From Botryllus schlosseri (taxonomy: Eukaryota), in assembly GCA_051294905.1 (NCBI GenBank), contig CM119372.1:18106001-18170000 (forward strand): a stretch of DNA of 64,000 nucleotides, read 5' to 3'. The notes beneath the pieces were generated by a model, which saw nothing but the letters and a program-made list of their open reading frames with translations, was not told where the DNA came from and did not search any database. The position numbers were made by a program, and so were the translations under genes. How positions within the stretch are numbered: position 1 is the first letter of the stretch; each line of letters begins with the position of its first letter. Shown piece by piece: positions 50,501-62,718 of this stretch.

Positions 50501-53500
50501 AATGTGATGAGGATAACGCTAATAATAATAATAAATCAGAGTTAAGCAATTTTATGACTTGAAATTAATGTGCACCACACAATTTATTTCAGGGATGATG
50601 TGCGAGAATGGGTCAAAGCAAACAGGGGATTTTACTATGCCGCATAGTGAGTACACACTACCCATGGTTTGATTGACTTCAAGTCAGGACTCCTATTTTC
50701 CCGCAGTGCTGTTTTTCTTGTGCTGTACATTGTACTCGTCTGCGTGGAAAGCGTCAGGAGAAAGTCGCCACAGAACTTGATCATGCTTGGCATCTTTGTG
50801 AGTAAAATTTTCTCAGATCAAATGTGTGCTTGTTGCTAAGTCCTTCTTTTGCTTTGCATATTGGTATGCAAATAGTTGTTGGATTGATTATGGCACACGG
50901 TTTGGGCTAGCTTATTTCACCATATGATTAACTGTTCACCGACCATATGTACCATATTATGAAAAGCCAACACCATACCAATAAGATTGAGAAGCAAAGC
51001 TGTTTCTTTATCGACTCATAAGCTACTAGAAAGTTCAATGAGTTGAAATATTTGACGTTAAAGGAATATCAATGTCATTGTGACACGAGGCATGAATTAT
51101 CATACCAAAAGCGAGTGTAGAACTTTCAAATAATTTTGAATAAATATTTCCTAACATCCTTGTTTTTTGTAATTATCGTGTTCCTTACTGCGGACATAGA
51201 TAAAAATCATAAGATGATATACAATTCTGTATTCATACCCTTGGCCTGTTGTAGGTATTGTTTTTTTTATCCACGAGACCGAACACAGTTTTGACATACG
51301 GTACCATTTTCCCAATGTTAACTCATACGTCATACCTAGTTACAAAAGGAAATTTTTTCTTACAGACACTCTCGCTGTCATATATGACAGGTACTATTGC
51401 TGCATCTTACAATGTTAAAGCAGTGATGATCACGATGGGAGTCACAGTGGTGAGTTTTGCCGATTAGCATGCCACTATTCTTTCTACGCTTTCCTGCCCT
51501 GAGCTGTTTTCAGTTTCAAATTTTATATTCACATATCTCGTTAGTACCGATATAATAGCTAATCTTATTTTGAATATTTCTATACTCTCACTGCAATCCA
51601 TTTTCACAGATACCTGGCATATCTTGTCACCGTAAGTGAGAAAAGTCTCGGCTTTAAAAGCCATGCCGATTGTCCATCTCCAGAAGATGTATATATAGGC
51701 TTTCTGTTTCCGTATAAGTGTGCATTTCAAAATCTATATATCTGTGCAGGTTATCAAGAGGCTGCTGAATTGTATGAAATTATAGGGTCTTGTGTTGTGC
51801 TTCAACCGTTGGAAGACTTGTTTCAACGTTAGAAGAATTGTGTTGCTACTGTTTATGAACTGATCGACGGAAATACAATTCATTTGAGTTGCCACATTCT
51901 GTTTACATCAATTGAGTCCATCTCATTATCCTAACCCCAAATTATTTGTCACTTATATGAGCTGTTATTCAAGTGAGTTTGAAATGAATAAAACTTGAAT
52001 GACGTCTCCTCACTACAATGAATGCCGGTGCCATGTGTCACCTAGTTCAGTGGTTCTCAACCTTTTTCACCTCGCGGACCGGTAAAATTTGAAAAAATTT
52101 CTAGCGGACCGGTGAACTTTCAAAATTGAAATGAAGCCAAAATGTAAAGTATACAACCGTTTATTGCATTATATGGTGCTAGAGAGTGACATTTAGAGGG
52201 TTTTGATCGTATTTAATTATATTCATGATTGCATCTATGAGCTTTTATGGTAGTGAATCTGCCGAGTCGAGGTAAAATTGCCCTGTTCAGATAAACGTGC
52301 TTCCGCGGAGAGTCATTTACAGTCTTTCGCGCCGAAGGCCGTGGATTTAACCGACCACGCCAACTCTAATAATATTCTTCTCTTTGACAAAATCAAGAGA
52401 GAAAAAACGTATCGGATTCAAACCAAGCACCTTGTCAAGCTACCTTGCTCATTGTCCACTGCCACCAGACGCAGGCTACTCTGGCAACTACGAATGCAAT
52501 GCTTGCCGCAAGAAAACACATTACAGCAGCTATACCGGCCATCCGCAAATCCGGCCGAAAAAACACTTCGTCAGCCCACCCCCGAAAACATTGGTATCGG
52601 CGCCCCCACAGGTCGATAAGCCAAACTTCCGGAGGCTTCGCCCCCAGACCCTACAGTTGGGTGGATGTTTTCACCTGTACCTGTGAGCACATCGATTCTA
52701 CTCAGCGTAAGCAGAGAGCTCACGTAGCTTAATCACGCCAATAGCGAAAATTTTCGATCATTCACGACTGAAGCGGTTTTCTAGCGGCCGAATTTTTGGC
52801 CCACCGATCGGAGTCCCATTTTAACCTAAACTTCATTATGTGTTGGTACGTCATGGCGCGGTAATGGCTGACGCCGAAATGCATATAAATCATGCGTATT
52901 TCTCGAAGAAGGGCACCTAATCAGCAAGACATTTAGGGACACTAAATCGTGCAAAGCGCGAAAGGAAATTGAAAAATGTTGGAAAAAGTTTCAAATTTGA
53001 TGTTTAAATTATTTTATCAATGGACAAGCCTTCGACATTGCATCTTGAAATTAAAGTACAAAATTGTAATATACCTGGCGGACCGGCAGGAATGTCGTCG
53101 CGGACCGGCACCGGTCCGCGGACCGGCGGTTGAGAACCACTGACCTAGTTGATCTTCGACCAGTGATTTATATCTAATACCGATATATTTATCATGTTCC
53201 AGCTTGTATGCGCGGGGATTATCCTATTCTCGATGCAGACTCGATTCGACTTCACAAAATGCAGCGGAGTTCTGTTTGTGCTGGTCTTGGTGCTCTTCTT
53301 GTTTGGCTTCATCATGATCTTCGCATTCAGATACGATTGGGTATGAACAACATGTAGGCTACCTCATAGCACCCGCAATTTTTATCAAGATTATCATGGT
53401 CTCAGATGTAGAGATCACTATATCAGCTCAATAGTTACATATGTGGCGCAAACAATGAACACTATCTAAATCATGTGCGAAAGGGCATTGCCTTCGTCTG

Positions 53501-55608
53501 GTACATACCGTCGGTATACTGATGTTCTTGCTTGAAAGCTTGAGGCCTTGAAGGTGTGAGCTGCACACTGCACAGCCCCTATAGCCAGAGGTGATCAAAG
53601 TAGTCAGCGTTATTAGCTAGAGTGGAAGTGAAAAGAATGCTGTAAATTTCTACTCAATTACAAGTAGAAGTAGCTATTTCTAAGACGTGCACGGACCATT
53701 TGATGTAGAAGTAGTAAATGAAGGCATGACGAATTAACGGAATTTTCGAATGTAGATTCAATTACTATGATTCAGAGGCCTATGACGCTGTTATTACAAC
53801 TTAACTCGTAAATTGAGGCTACACTAATTTATCCCAAGTGTAAAAGTGGAAGTAGTCTGAAATCATAACCACTTCAGGGAGTCGCGTAAGAGACTGAAAC
53901 CCACTTAAATAATTGAAAATATAGAATTACGTCGTTACTGACCAGCCCTTAACAGTTATTTCTTCCGTCAAGAAGGAATGAATGTTACTGGGGCAGGGCT
54001 GGGGTTGGTTTTTATCCAGTAAAGGCTAGATTTTCACTAGGAAAATTTGTAGTCGAGAGACACATTCCATGAATTCGTATACACACACAAGTAATTGCAA
54101 AAACAAAGTTGCCTGCAATCAACATTACCTGCGAATTTGATGTGTCTGACATATTGCACGCCTTTAATCAGCATTTGGCATAATGATATTAGCTAACAAT
54201 TTCCCTTGACGCTGAAGTTATATCCCGGTTTGTAGTAACTGTGTGAATATGCAGTCGTATGTCTTGTTAAGCCGTTGAAAACCACATTCGTACATGCTTG
54301 CTTCTCTGTATTTGTTAATGGCGATCACGGTTGCCCTCTTCCCTGCGATGGTTAATTCCATCGCCTATGTGGCAATGTATTGTGAAATAACCTTAAAAAT
54401 ACTAGTAACCTGCACCCCGAAGTGTTTTATTCTGACGTCATGAAGACAAAATATGATAGCTTGGTGCCCCCCGCCCTTTGATCTCAGCTGGAGATGTCAC
54501 TGAGTTGAGATGCAATCCATGTTTGGTAACAGTGGAAGTACTTCCTCAGTACTCATTTATGAGGAGACTAAAAAAGTGTCATACGGAGCGAAATGGTGAT
54601 TTGTAATTGATCACGCCTGTTACCACTGAAACTAATCGAACATTTGCCGGATAATGAACGACAAGAAAACCAATATATTTTCGTACCACAATTCAGGTGT
54701 TTGACTATAAACATCATTCTATTGTATGCTGATAATTGTATTTTGAGTTTCAAATAGTCAGCTATGAGCGAAAGTAAGCCCACATCTGAAAAAGCATTAG
54801 CACGAATAGGACAGTGAGTTGTGCCGATTGATCACATTGTAGTTCCCCTTTTGTGGCCCTCAATGTTTGCCTCATACTTAGAACTGGCCTTTCTCGGTCA
54901 CACGACATTTGCAGAGATGGAATGCGTAAAGACATCGTAAATTTGTACCAGGCAGCAATTTCCGCAGTTGTACTCATCCTTATTTTTTTCAGTATATGCA
55001 AGTCGTCTACGGTTGTCTTGGAGCCCTTGTTTTTGGACTGGTGAGTGCGATTACTTCTTATATGACTTGCATGTAGCAAGCGCGCAGAGAACGAACTTTA
55101 GATAGTTGTCAGCCGATGTGATGAAGGACATATGTCAACAACTATCTAAAGTTGGTTCTCTGCGTGACAGCCATTGTGCCATGTAACAGGTTAAGGAATG
55201 ACGCGCAGCCGTGACAGCTGAAGCGTGAAGGTCCTGTGGAAATTTCAATAAATTACAGCCCCACTACTGTGGCGTTCTGTGGGAAATGGCTGTGGCCAAA
55301 AATTTTTTTTCGTTCAGCCCTTCAATTTGAGACCACATCATTTTAGAGCCCAGCTCCCCTTAAATACCTGTATACGTTTCATAGGATAAATTAAGAGCAA
55401 CGCAGTATATGAGTAGAAGCGAACCTATTGCAAATCATAGTTACTTTGTCGCTTGCAGTTCCTGGCATTCGACACCCAGCTCATTATGGGAGGCAGAAAG
55501 TACGAGCTCGACCCGGAAGAATACGTGTTTGGCGCCCTCAACCTGTACATTGACATCGTTTATATATTCCTCTTCCTTCTGAGCATCTTTGGTGGTTCCG
55601 GTGACTGA
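41583..55608 (+). CDS. TMBIM: Protein lifeguard (TMBIM/Bax inhibitor-1 family, GRINA/FAIM2-like), about 331 aa, 11 coding exons
   Basis: Exons 41583-41643, 43302-43358, 44440-44574, 49615-49681, 49744-49854, 50593-50646, 50707-50797, 51366-51449, 53203-53340, 54993-55040 and 55459-55608 total 996 nt in frame with GT..AG junctions. Motifs: PPSY, a Pro/Gly/Tyr/Gln-rich N-terminus, FSDKSVRRMFIRKVF..QLLVT, RRKSPQNL, QTRFDFT and FDTQLIMGG..LDPEEYVFGALNLYIDIVYIF. Additional N-terminal micro-exons cannot be excluded. Confidence 0.93.
45514..46765. mobile_element. Possible PIF/Harbinger-type non-autonomous element
   Basis: Imperfect TIRs ggggggagcccaatt / aattggtctccgccc flanked by tta on both sides. 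ctca/tgag subterminal repeats. Confidence 0.5.
47700..49200 (-). pseudogene. Possible highly decayed hAT transposase remnant
   Basis: Minus-strand fragments in the expected order: TRWSS (about 49118-49132), then YWK..P (about 47845), then a SERxFSxAG-like block (about 47760-47785). All require frameshifts. Confidence 0.3.
52048..53142. mobile_element. hAT (Charlie-like) MITE in a TMBIM intron
   Basis: Perfect 15-bp TIRs cagtggttctcaacc / ggttgagaaccactg. Perfect 8-bp TSD acctagtt. gcggaccgg subterminal repeats. Confidence 0.93.
53586..53950 (+). mobile_element. Degenerate short copy of the CAGAGGTGGTCA family
   Basis: Runs cagaggtgatcaaagtagtc ... cgttactgacca. Similar to 3334-3861. Confidence 0.65.
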
Positions 55609-56261
55609 TGCGTAGCACACACACACCTGCTGTATTTTCCTGAGTCAATAACTGTTTATGCCATGGGAATGATTCCCTGCCGTTTGCATGTTTGTGAGAC
55701 ATGTTTCATCCCGCTATTGCATCGAAAATTACAATTTGCTATTGTGTGCGTGTTTACTGTGAATATTAAAGATCAATTAATAATCATTCTCGTGATATAT
55801 ATAATCGTCCTCAAAGCCGACGAATGATATTCACTTCAATCTCCATATAATTCCTGAAATGATTGATCTTGCTGTAGATCTTGTAATTTAGCCTGAGATA
55901 TTGCCCTGAATTAATAAAATCGCACATATTTACGATGTGGCGTTTGCAATTCGCTATAGTAAGTGATATACCTGTGAGGCTATGAACTTTGACGTACAAC
56001 CAGTGTCGGAGTACAGCTAACACAACCATCAGAGTTAGATTAATTAAACGAGCACAATGTTATTTAATTACATTATAATTGTATCTGTAATTGTAATTAC
56101 AATTGCTTTTATCAATTACAAGCGTAATTCTAAAATTTTGAGCTTAATTACAATTATTTTACATTTTAGACGTCATAAGAAACAATTTTACAAGCAATTC
56201 AAATAGGTTTAAATTATTCAACGAATTATGACTTCCTAATACAGGAGCATAGCATGTAGTA

Positions 56262-56775
56262 CAATGGTTCTTGACCCTGGTGTTCCTAGGAACCGCTGGG
56301 GCTCCCTTGGCCAGTCAAGAGCCACTCAACTCATAAATATGATTGCTGATGACACGCAGGCCATTGGGCCGAATCGAAAGTATTCGACATCGTCCTTCTG
56401 AAATGTCAATTCTATCTCCAATATTTATCAGCTAAGCAATTAAGTAATTGATCACGCTGTATCGTTTCAGCCAAACTATACGATGAAACTTTTCGAGATT
56501 AAGCCTGTTATTTTTGAACTGCATGGTAACTGAAGCGTGTGCCACACTGATTTGCTATAAATAAACATTTTTTTCGTTTTGTGTGAAAATCATAATTCAT
56601 TTGTTTTGTTTTTTATCACTCTGTTGTGCATCAGTAATCTAAAGTAATTATATTGTATGTGTAATGTGGTCGATTTTTGTTTTCATGACGAAGCGGGAAT
56701 ATGAGGTTCCTGCAGGCTTGATGATTAGCTCAAGTGTTCCGCTGGTTCGTAAAGGTTAATAACCAATAACCACTG
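56262..56775. mobile_element. CAGTGG-type MITE, apparently nested in an older taattaca-rich element (about 56030-56934)
   Basis: Ends caatggttctt / taaccactg. TSD atgtagta/atatagta. Confidence 0.6.
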
Positions 56776-57141
56776 ATATAGTAAGCTGCTATTAGACATA
56801 ATTGAATAAAGTTCAAAAAAACCAATTAGGTAACAGAATTCACATGCATCACATGATACTGCATAATTGCAGTAATCTTGTCTATTTAATTAGCAAATTC
56901 ATTAACATGCAACTATATTAACCTGTCAACTCTGGTCACTGTGATTTCCTTTAACAGGACTGGTAAACAAGCCCAAAATAGCTTCTTAGTAGTGACTAAA
57001 TATCAGTATAAATTCAAGTAGTCCATATTTTAGCATCACGAGTATTTTGAGGCCTGAGCTTGAATAGCCCATGTCTTTTTTACTTTCTAATTTCCCCCAA
57101 TGTTTTAATACCTATATAAGGAAAAGTGACATTACTTAGGG

Positions 57142-57535
57142 TAGGGTTACCATATTTTGGAATCAGGAAAAAAGGACACTTTTACCAAATCATAAAAGAT
57201 AGTTGATCGAAACTGAAAACAGCTGATTTTGCAATTTACTGGAAATTTGGTTGTGTTCACTTCTATTGAACTCCCGATTTACACACTTTTTACTCCAATT
57301 TTCTAGAGTTGACTATTATAAAGGTCATCACTTTCATTCGACAACCGAATGACCCGCTCCAATGTCCATGTTACCTATTTCACGATAGTTAAGCCGATTT
57401 TCAGTTGAACCTGTAAAAGCTGTAAAGGAGGACGAATTGCCAAAAAATACCACATTTAGGCGTCCTCGGAGGACAATTTCAATTTCCAGAAAAAGGAAGA
57501 CAAATCCCCATGAAGAATGACATATGGTAACCCTA
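57142..57535. mobile_element. TAGGGTTACCATA-family MITE inserted into the terminus of a sister copy
   Basis: TIRs tagggttaccata / tatggtaacccta. Perfect 8-bp TSD acttaggg. Confidence 0.88.
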
Positions 57536-57538
57536 ACT

Positions 57539-57925
57539 TAGGGTTACCATATTCTGGAATCGGGAAATAGAAACACTGTTTGTTGACCGAAATTGAAAAC
57601 AGCTGATTTTGTAATATTTACTGGAAATCTTGTGGTGTTGACTAAAAAATGGTCGTCACTTTGATTCAATCCCCGATTTACCCACTTTTTACGTTAATTT
57701 TGCAGTGTTGACTAAAAGAAAAAAAGGTCATCATGCTCATTCGGCTCTTGCTGAAACGTCCGTATTACCTATTTCACATCATTTATGCCGATTTTCAGTT
57801 GACTCTGTCCATTATCGTAGCTTTAAAAAGCTGTAAAGGAGGACCAATTGGCGAAAAGGAGGACACATAGGTGTCCTCGAATGACATTTGTAATTCCCTG
57901 AAAAAAGAGGACAAATCCTAAAGGA
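57539..57925. mobile_element. Older TAGGGTTACCATA-family copy, far TIR degenerate
   Basis: Colinear with 57142-57535. Confidence 0.75.
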
Positions 57926-59330
57926 GGGTGTATCGTAGGCTTCGTAGCCCAAATAGAATTCAAATAACCAGCTGTGTCGTCTAATAGAATATTATCATAG
58001 TGGCTGAGAATGCGTGAGCCCAAATATACTTTGCTATCTTCACCCATCATTTAGTCATAACGTCATCAATTGTAAGGTGATGGGCACAAACCGAATGTTG
58101 GTGGGTGGAGCAATCATAAGCATTGATATCACAGAAAAGGTCACGGTTTTGTAATATTGCAATTGCGACTTAGTTTATGGCGGCCATTGCTGGTGCCTCA
58201 TTGGTAAAGACTTCGACTTCACTGCATCATATAGTACAAAGCGGTGTATAATTTGCTTTTGTCGTAACTGCCTGTTGTTTACTATCAGTTGCAATGAGAA
58301 TAAATCGAATATGTGCTAGGGCCAGTGTTCTAATTTTAGCTTAATCTCGGTATCACAATATAGCGAAATGTCACAGCAGATGAATCCTATTTTTCGGAAT
58401 CATGCTGTGGCCCACTCAAAACCCTCGAGCCTAATTTCTCGGCCGCTTCCTTCATTTTGTTAACCACTGGTATATACCAATTATATCTATTTCCTTTCAC
58501 AAAAGAAAGGTTTTGGAAAGTGACTATAATTACGAGGGCTAACAAATCCTGCTAATATCACTCAACTACAATTACTCCTACTCAGCGGCCCATACACAGA
58601 ATGTACTACTAATGGAAGGCTAAAGGATATCTTCTTAAGGAAACTAATTTTCATATGGATTCTAGCTGTTTGTTTCAGATGTTGGAATTTCAGGCGACAG
58701 CAGTTCTGAAACTATTCAAAGAATCTAACGGGCGTCTGGACAAGTTTTCATCCCGAGTTATCAAGCGGCTTTCGCTGTCCAAATTTCTGACTTGTACAAT
58801 GTACATCAATTGGTTTAATATTATTTTTATCAGTTCATAACTAGAAGATTGTGATGTAATGAAAAGGAGTCGAGTTGATGCAGATGATTATACCTCCAAC
58901 CGCAATGGAAGAGTCAGTGGGTTACAGTCTCGGCTCTAGCACATTTGTCAGAGGTTTATCTTGGCTCCTCCCCCGACTCACTCTTTATACCAGTTATTTT
59001 ATTTATATCCGCATATGTCATATGGTTTGATGTTTAAGATATTTGCGTTCTACAGAAAAATCACTAGCAACATGCTTCTCATGCTCCTGAGCGCTGTCTA
59101 CGCATATCATATGAGCCTGCTATTGTGTGTAGCTGTGCTATACATAAACATAATCTTTGTTTGTCTATAATTAATTTATAGATATTTGGCAGTTATCCGT
59201 TAAATCAGGTAATTTGGATTCGACCAAATATTGATTATTTTCTGTGTATTATAAAATTATTTAAGATAGAACAAAAATATTTTGCAGCATACTTTACTAT
59301 TAATCAAGTGTAAGTTTGACTACAATTGGC

Positions 59331-62300
59331 ATGAGTAATCCGTCAGCTCCACCAACCTACGATGTTGCAGCTGATCAGAAAGGGTATGAAGGTTGGTATT
59401 ATAAATGATAGGCTATAGGCCTACTTTATTGTTGTATATTTGTACCGTTGAAGCTGGGTGGTATTATTTTGTCATACAAGCAATTGGTACCATACCAGGA
59501 ATATTGCTATGATATCTATACGTCATTCCGTTTGAAGTTGTTGATGCGTGTAAATTTTGTGACATAATGCACACCTTCCCAATGGCGCATACCTTTTCTG
59601 CATCTCCCTTTCACTTAGATTTATGTACGGTTTGCCTTCGGCTGTGATGACAATTTACTCCATACCAGAGGTGTGCAACCCAGATATAAATAATGCGGTG
59701 CGGATGTGGGCCGCACATAGGTATTTTGTAGATACAAGGCCCACCATTTCCTTGATTAAACATGCACCAGACTATTCATAGGAATCGTGAATCGCTCTAG
59801 AAAAATATATTCACTGTTCAGGTTATTGAATAAATTAGTCAATATTCAACAGATGCATATTGGTGAATTTAATGATTTTTAATCCTTTTGTTGGTTTACT
59901 TGAGCTTGACTCAATTGTACCAGACTTAGATAAATTTAAAACCGAATTCGTAAATAACCCAAAATTGGCTGTTATGCGCTTCAGATGCGACCCACACGCT
60001 GCATACACCTCTTTGCTACAAATGATATGAATTAATTTTTATCTCTGTGTGCAGAGGGAATACCATTTTCATTATATTGCAATATCTCTGCAGTAGTGTT
60101 CATTGTCAAATAGTTGTTGATGCATGAAATATAAGTAATCACATAAAATTATACTTGAATACAAGTAGAGTTAGTGATTTCAAGAATTTGTAAAGTATGG
60201 TTGTGTTGTAGTCATGTCCAAGACAGTACAAGAGATTGGAACTGACTCCAAGTCATTGTATGAAATATTTATAGTAATGAGTCATTTGCTAGTGGTTTCT
60301 ATGGTCTTACTATGTTGATATTATAAGTATCACAAGAATTGGTATTGTTGGCTGATTTCCGGAATCATGGGCCGATGTAACGAATATTTTGAAATTTTTC
60401 TTGCGTGGGTCACCACTGCCTTGCATGAAGCAGATAAAACTGGTTAAGTGGTGAAACAGGCCGGCAAGCATTTTTAGTTCCGGCAGAGGCGAATTTAGTT
60501 GGTTGAACGTGAAAAGTACATAGAGCGATAACTTGGTATTAAAAAGACCAAAGTGATTCTTAATTGTAGGAAATACATAACCATCATCAATTTTGAAACA
60601 ATAACTTTCCTGCATTTCATGCTAGATATGACGAATTGGTCTATGCGTTATTAGCTTTACACTTGTCCGTGAATCGTTGAAAGGGTAACTACGTCAACAC
60701 TACGCATATTGGCCCTACTCTTTCCATTTTGAGGACCGCTATGGATTAGGTTAAGAGGCGTGTGTTCTGCCACTGTGTTCTCTGAGAAAGTTTTAAGTGA
60801 ACCACATTACATATAAGCACTGTTGCAACGTTGATTGATATTGATGAAGTTATGAAGGATATTGTGTTGCGATTGGACATTGCACCATCCGGATATGCCT
60901 TAAGTGCACGAAATATGTGCTGAACTGCTCATACTGTGTTTTAATATCCCGGAAACTTGAATTGTCATACAACAATCACATCGTTCTCAGTCTGTGTGAG
61001 AGGTTAATTGATTAAAAAACTTGAGAAAGCCTATACAAATAGCCTACATGACTGGGAAAATGTCATATAAACTGTCTCGAGTCATGAACAATGACTCGAA
61101 TAGGTTTGAGTCAATCTAAAATGTGATTCAAGTTGAGTCGAGTTCTGCCTGTCTGAGAAAAATAAGAAATTGGTTATTCACGTAATCACAACACTGTATG
61201 TAGGATGAGAAACGGCAGGATCAAATAAATATTTCTCCTTTTTGATCAATCCGGCCCTTGATTAAGAATTTGACGTTACACCAGGGGAAGTCAATCCGCA
61301 ACACGGTACTGAGACTCAACATTGACAGGTATTTTGTGATATTGGAATGAATTACTGAGCATGATGCTTTTTGAAGATACCTTAATACGTCCTGCATGGG
61401 TGGTTTCAGTTCAGTTTCTTTTGTTATGATTCATTTGTAGAGAGCCTCATCAATCTTCTGGTCACTTTTTCATGACACATCTGTGCTTGTTGCACATGTA
61501 TGATTGATGTCCGATCCTCGTCAATGTATTCTGATGAATATGCAGTAGAACTTGTGTTATGGTAGAGCATTATCCATGACCATCATGTCGGAAGAATTGT
61601 CACTAACCAGTTCTTACAATATTTTACCGAATCACGCTGTAGCTATGGGAGCCGTCCATTCTAAATGTTAAAACTTGTAATGTGATATTAGTATTGTATT
61701 AAAACAAATTATCAGTATAATTATTCTCAAAATATAGAATATCGAAATTTCACTGTTCTATAGAAGCTCAGTCTAGTTGTTGCAAGCTTCTTGTTGATTG
61801 CAATCGACTGAAACTATATTTCAAGGACTCACAATTCACCAGGGAGTCACAGGAAGAAATGTCACAATTCACTTTTCTTCTGGCAAATGTACTACGAATT
61901 AGTTGGATGTTTCTACTTGATAAAACTCAATCTCATGCACACAGTTTATTATTCACATACAGTTGCCAGCATTCCACAGGCTTGTGTTGTGGATATATAA
62001 CAAAACTTTATCTGCTGTTGCTAGTGAATCTTTCAGTTGACGCATGGCTTGCTATTTTAGCCAGCTTGTTTTCCCTTATTAACTGCACTAATACAATGCT
62101 TACTTTTACATGGATTGGATAACTTGATGTTGGACTCGCATTATATCTTGTGTCATTGCAGGCGCCCCATATCCGCAAGCCACTGGCTATCCCCCTGTTG
62201 GAGGGTATCCCCAGACTGGATATGGGGGGTATCCACAAAGTGGCACGCCACAGCCTCAACCGCAACCTTATGGAAATCAGCCACAACCTGCTCCCAGTAA

Positions 62301-62718
62301 GTTATTATGACTTACTAATCAGATAACCTTTGGAAATTGATTAATGTGTGGTTGACACGCTGACTTATTGCGCATATCGTAGTAATACTTGATTTGACAC
62401 AGTCCGATTCGCTTAATATCTCTTTTCACACTTTGTATTATCTGATTTTTTCAACTGGGCATACGAATACCATCCTGATTTCACAATGCATATATATGGA
62501 TTCGAACCGCTGTAATTTGATCAGTAAAAACAATTCTTAGACTTTTACGACCTTCAATCTGTGCACAGGCAAAATCATGATCTTTGCATCAATTGCTCCA
62601 CCTTACCTATTTTAGTTTTCTTTTATGCTATGCTCTCATCATTAGTAATTCTTCTGTAAGTATTCCGTGACGCTCTCTGTGTCTCCAGGTTCTGCTGTAC
62701 GATACAATGGTAACCAAG
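59331..62718 (+). CDS. TMBIM: Second Lifeguard/TMBIM paralog, 5' exons only; exon 2 frameshifted (possible pseudogene)
   Basis: Exons 59331-59391 (MSNPSAPPTYDVAADQKGYE), 61285-61328, 62162-62296 (GAPYPQATGYPPVGGYPQ...) and candidate 62689-62718. The first three and their intron flanks are homologous to the 41583 gene. The TM exons would lie beyond the window. Confidence 0.8.

Noticed and set aside
52278..52732. Three overlapping 95-113 aa ORFs
   Set aside because: GC-richer interior of a non-autonomous MITE, with no protein family features.
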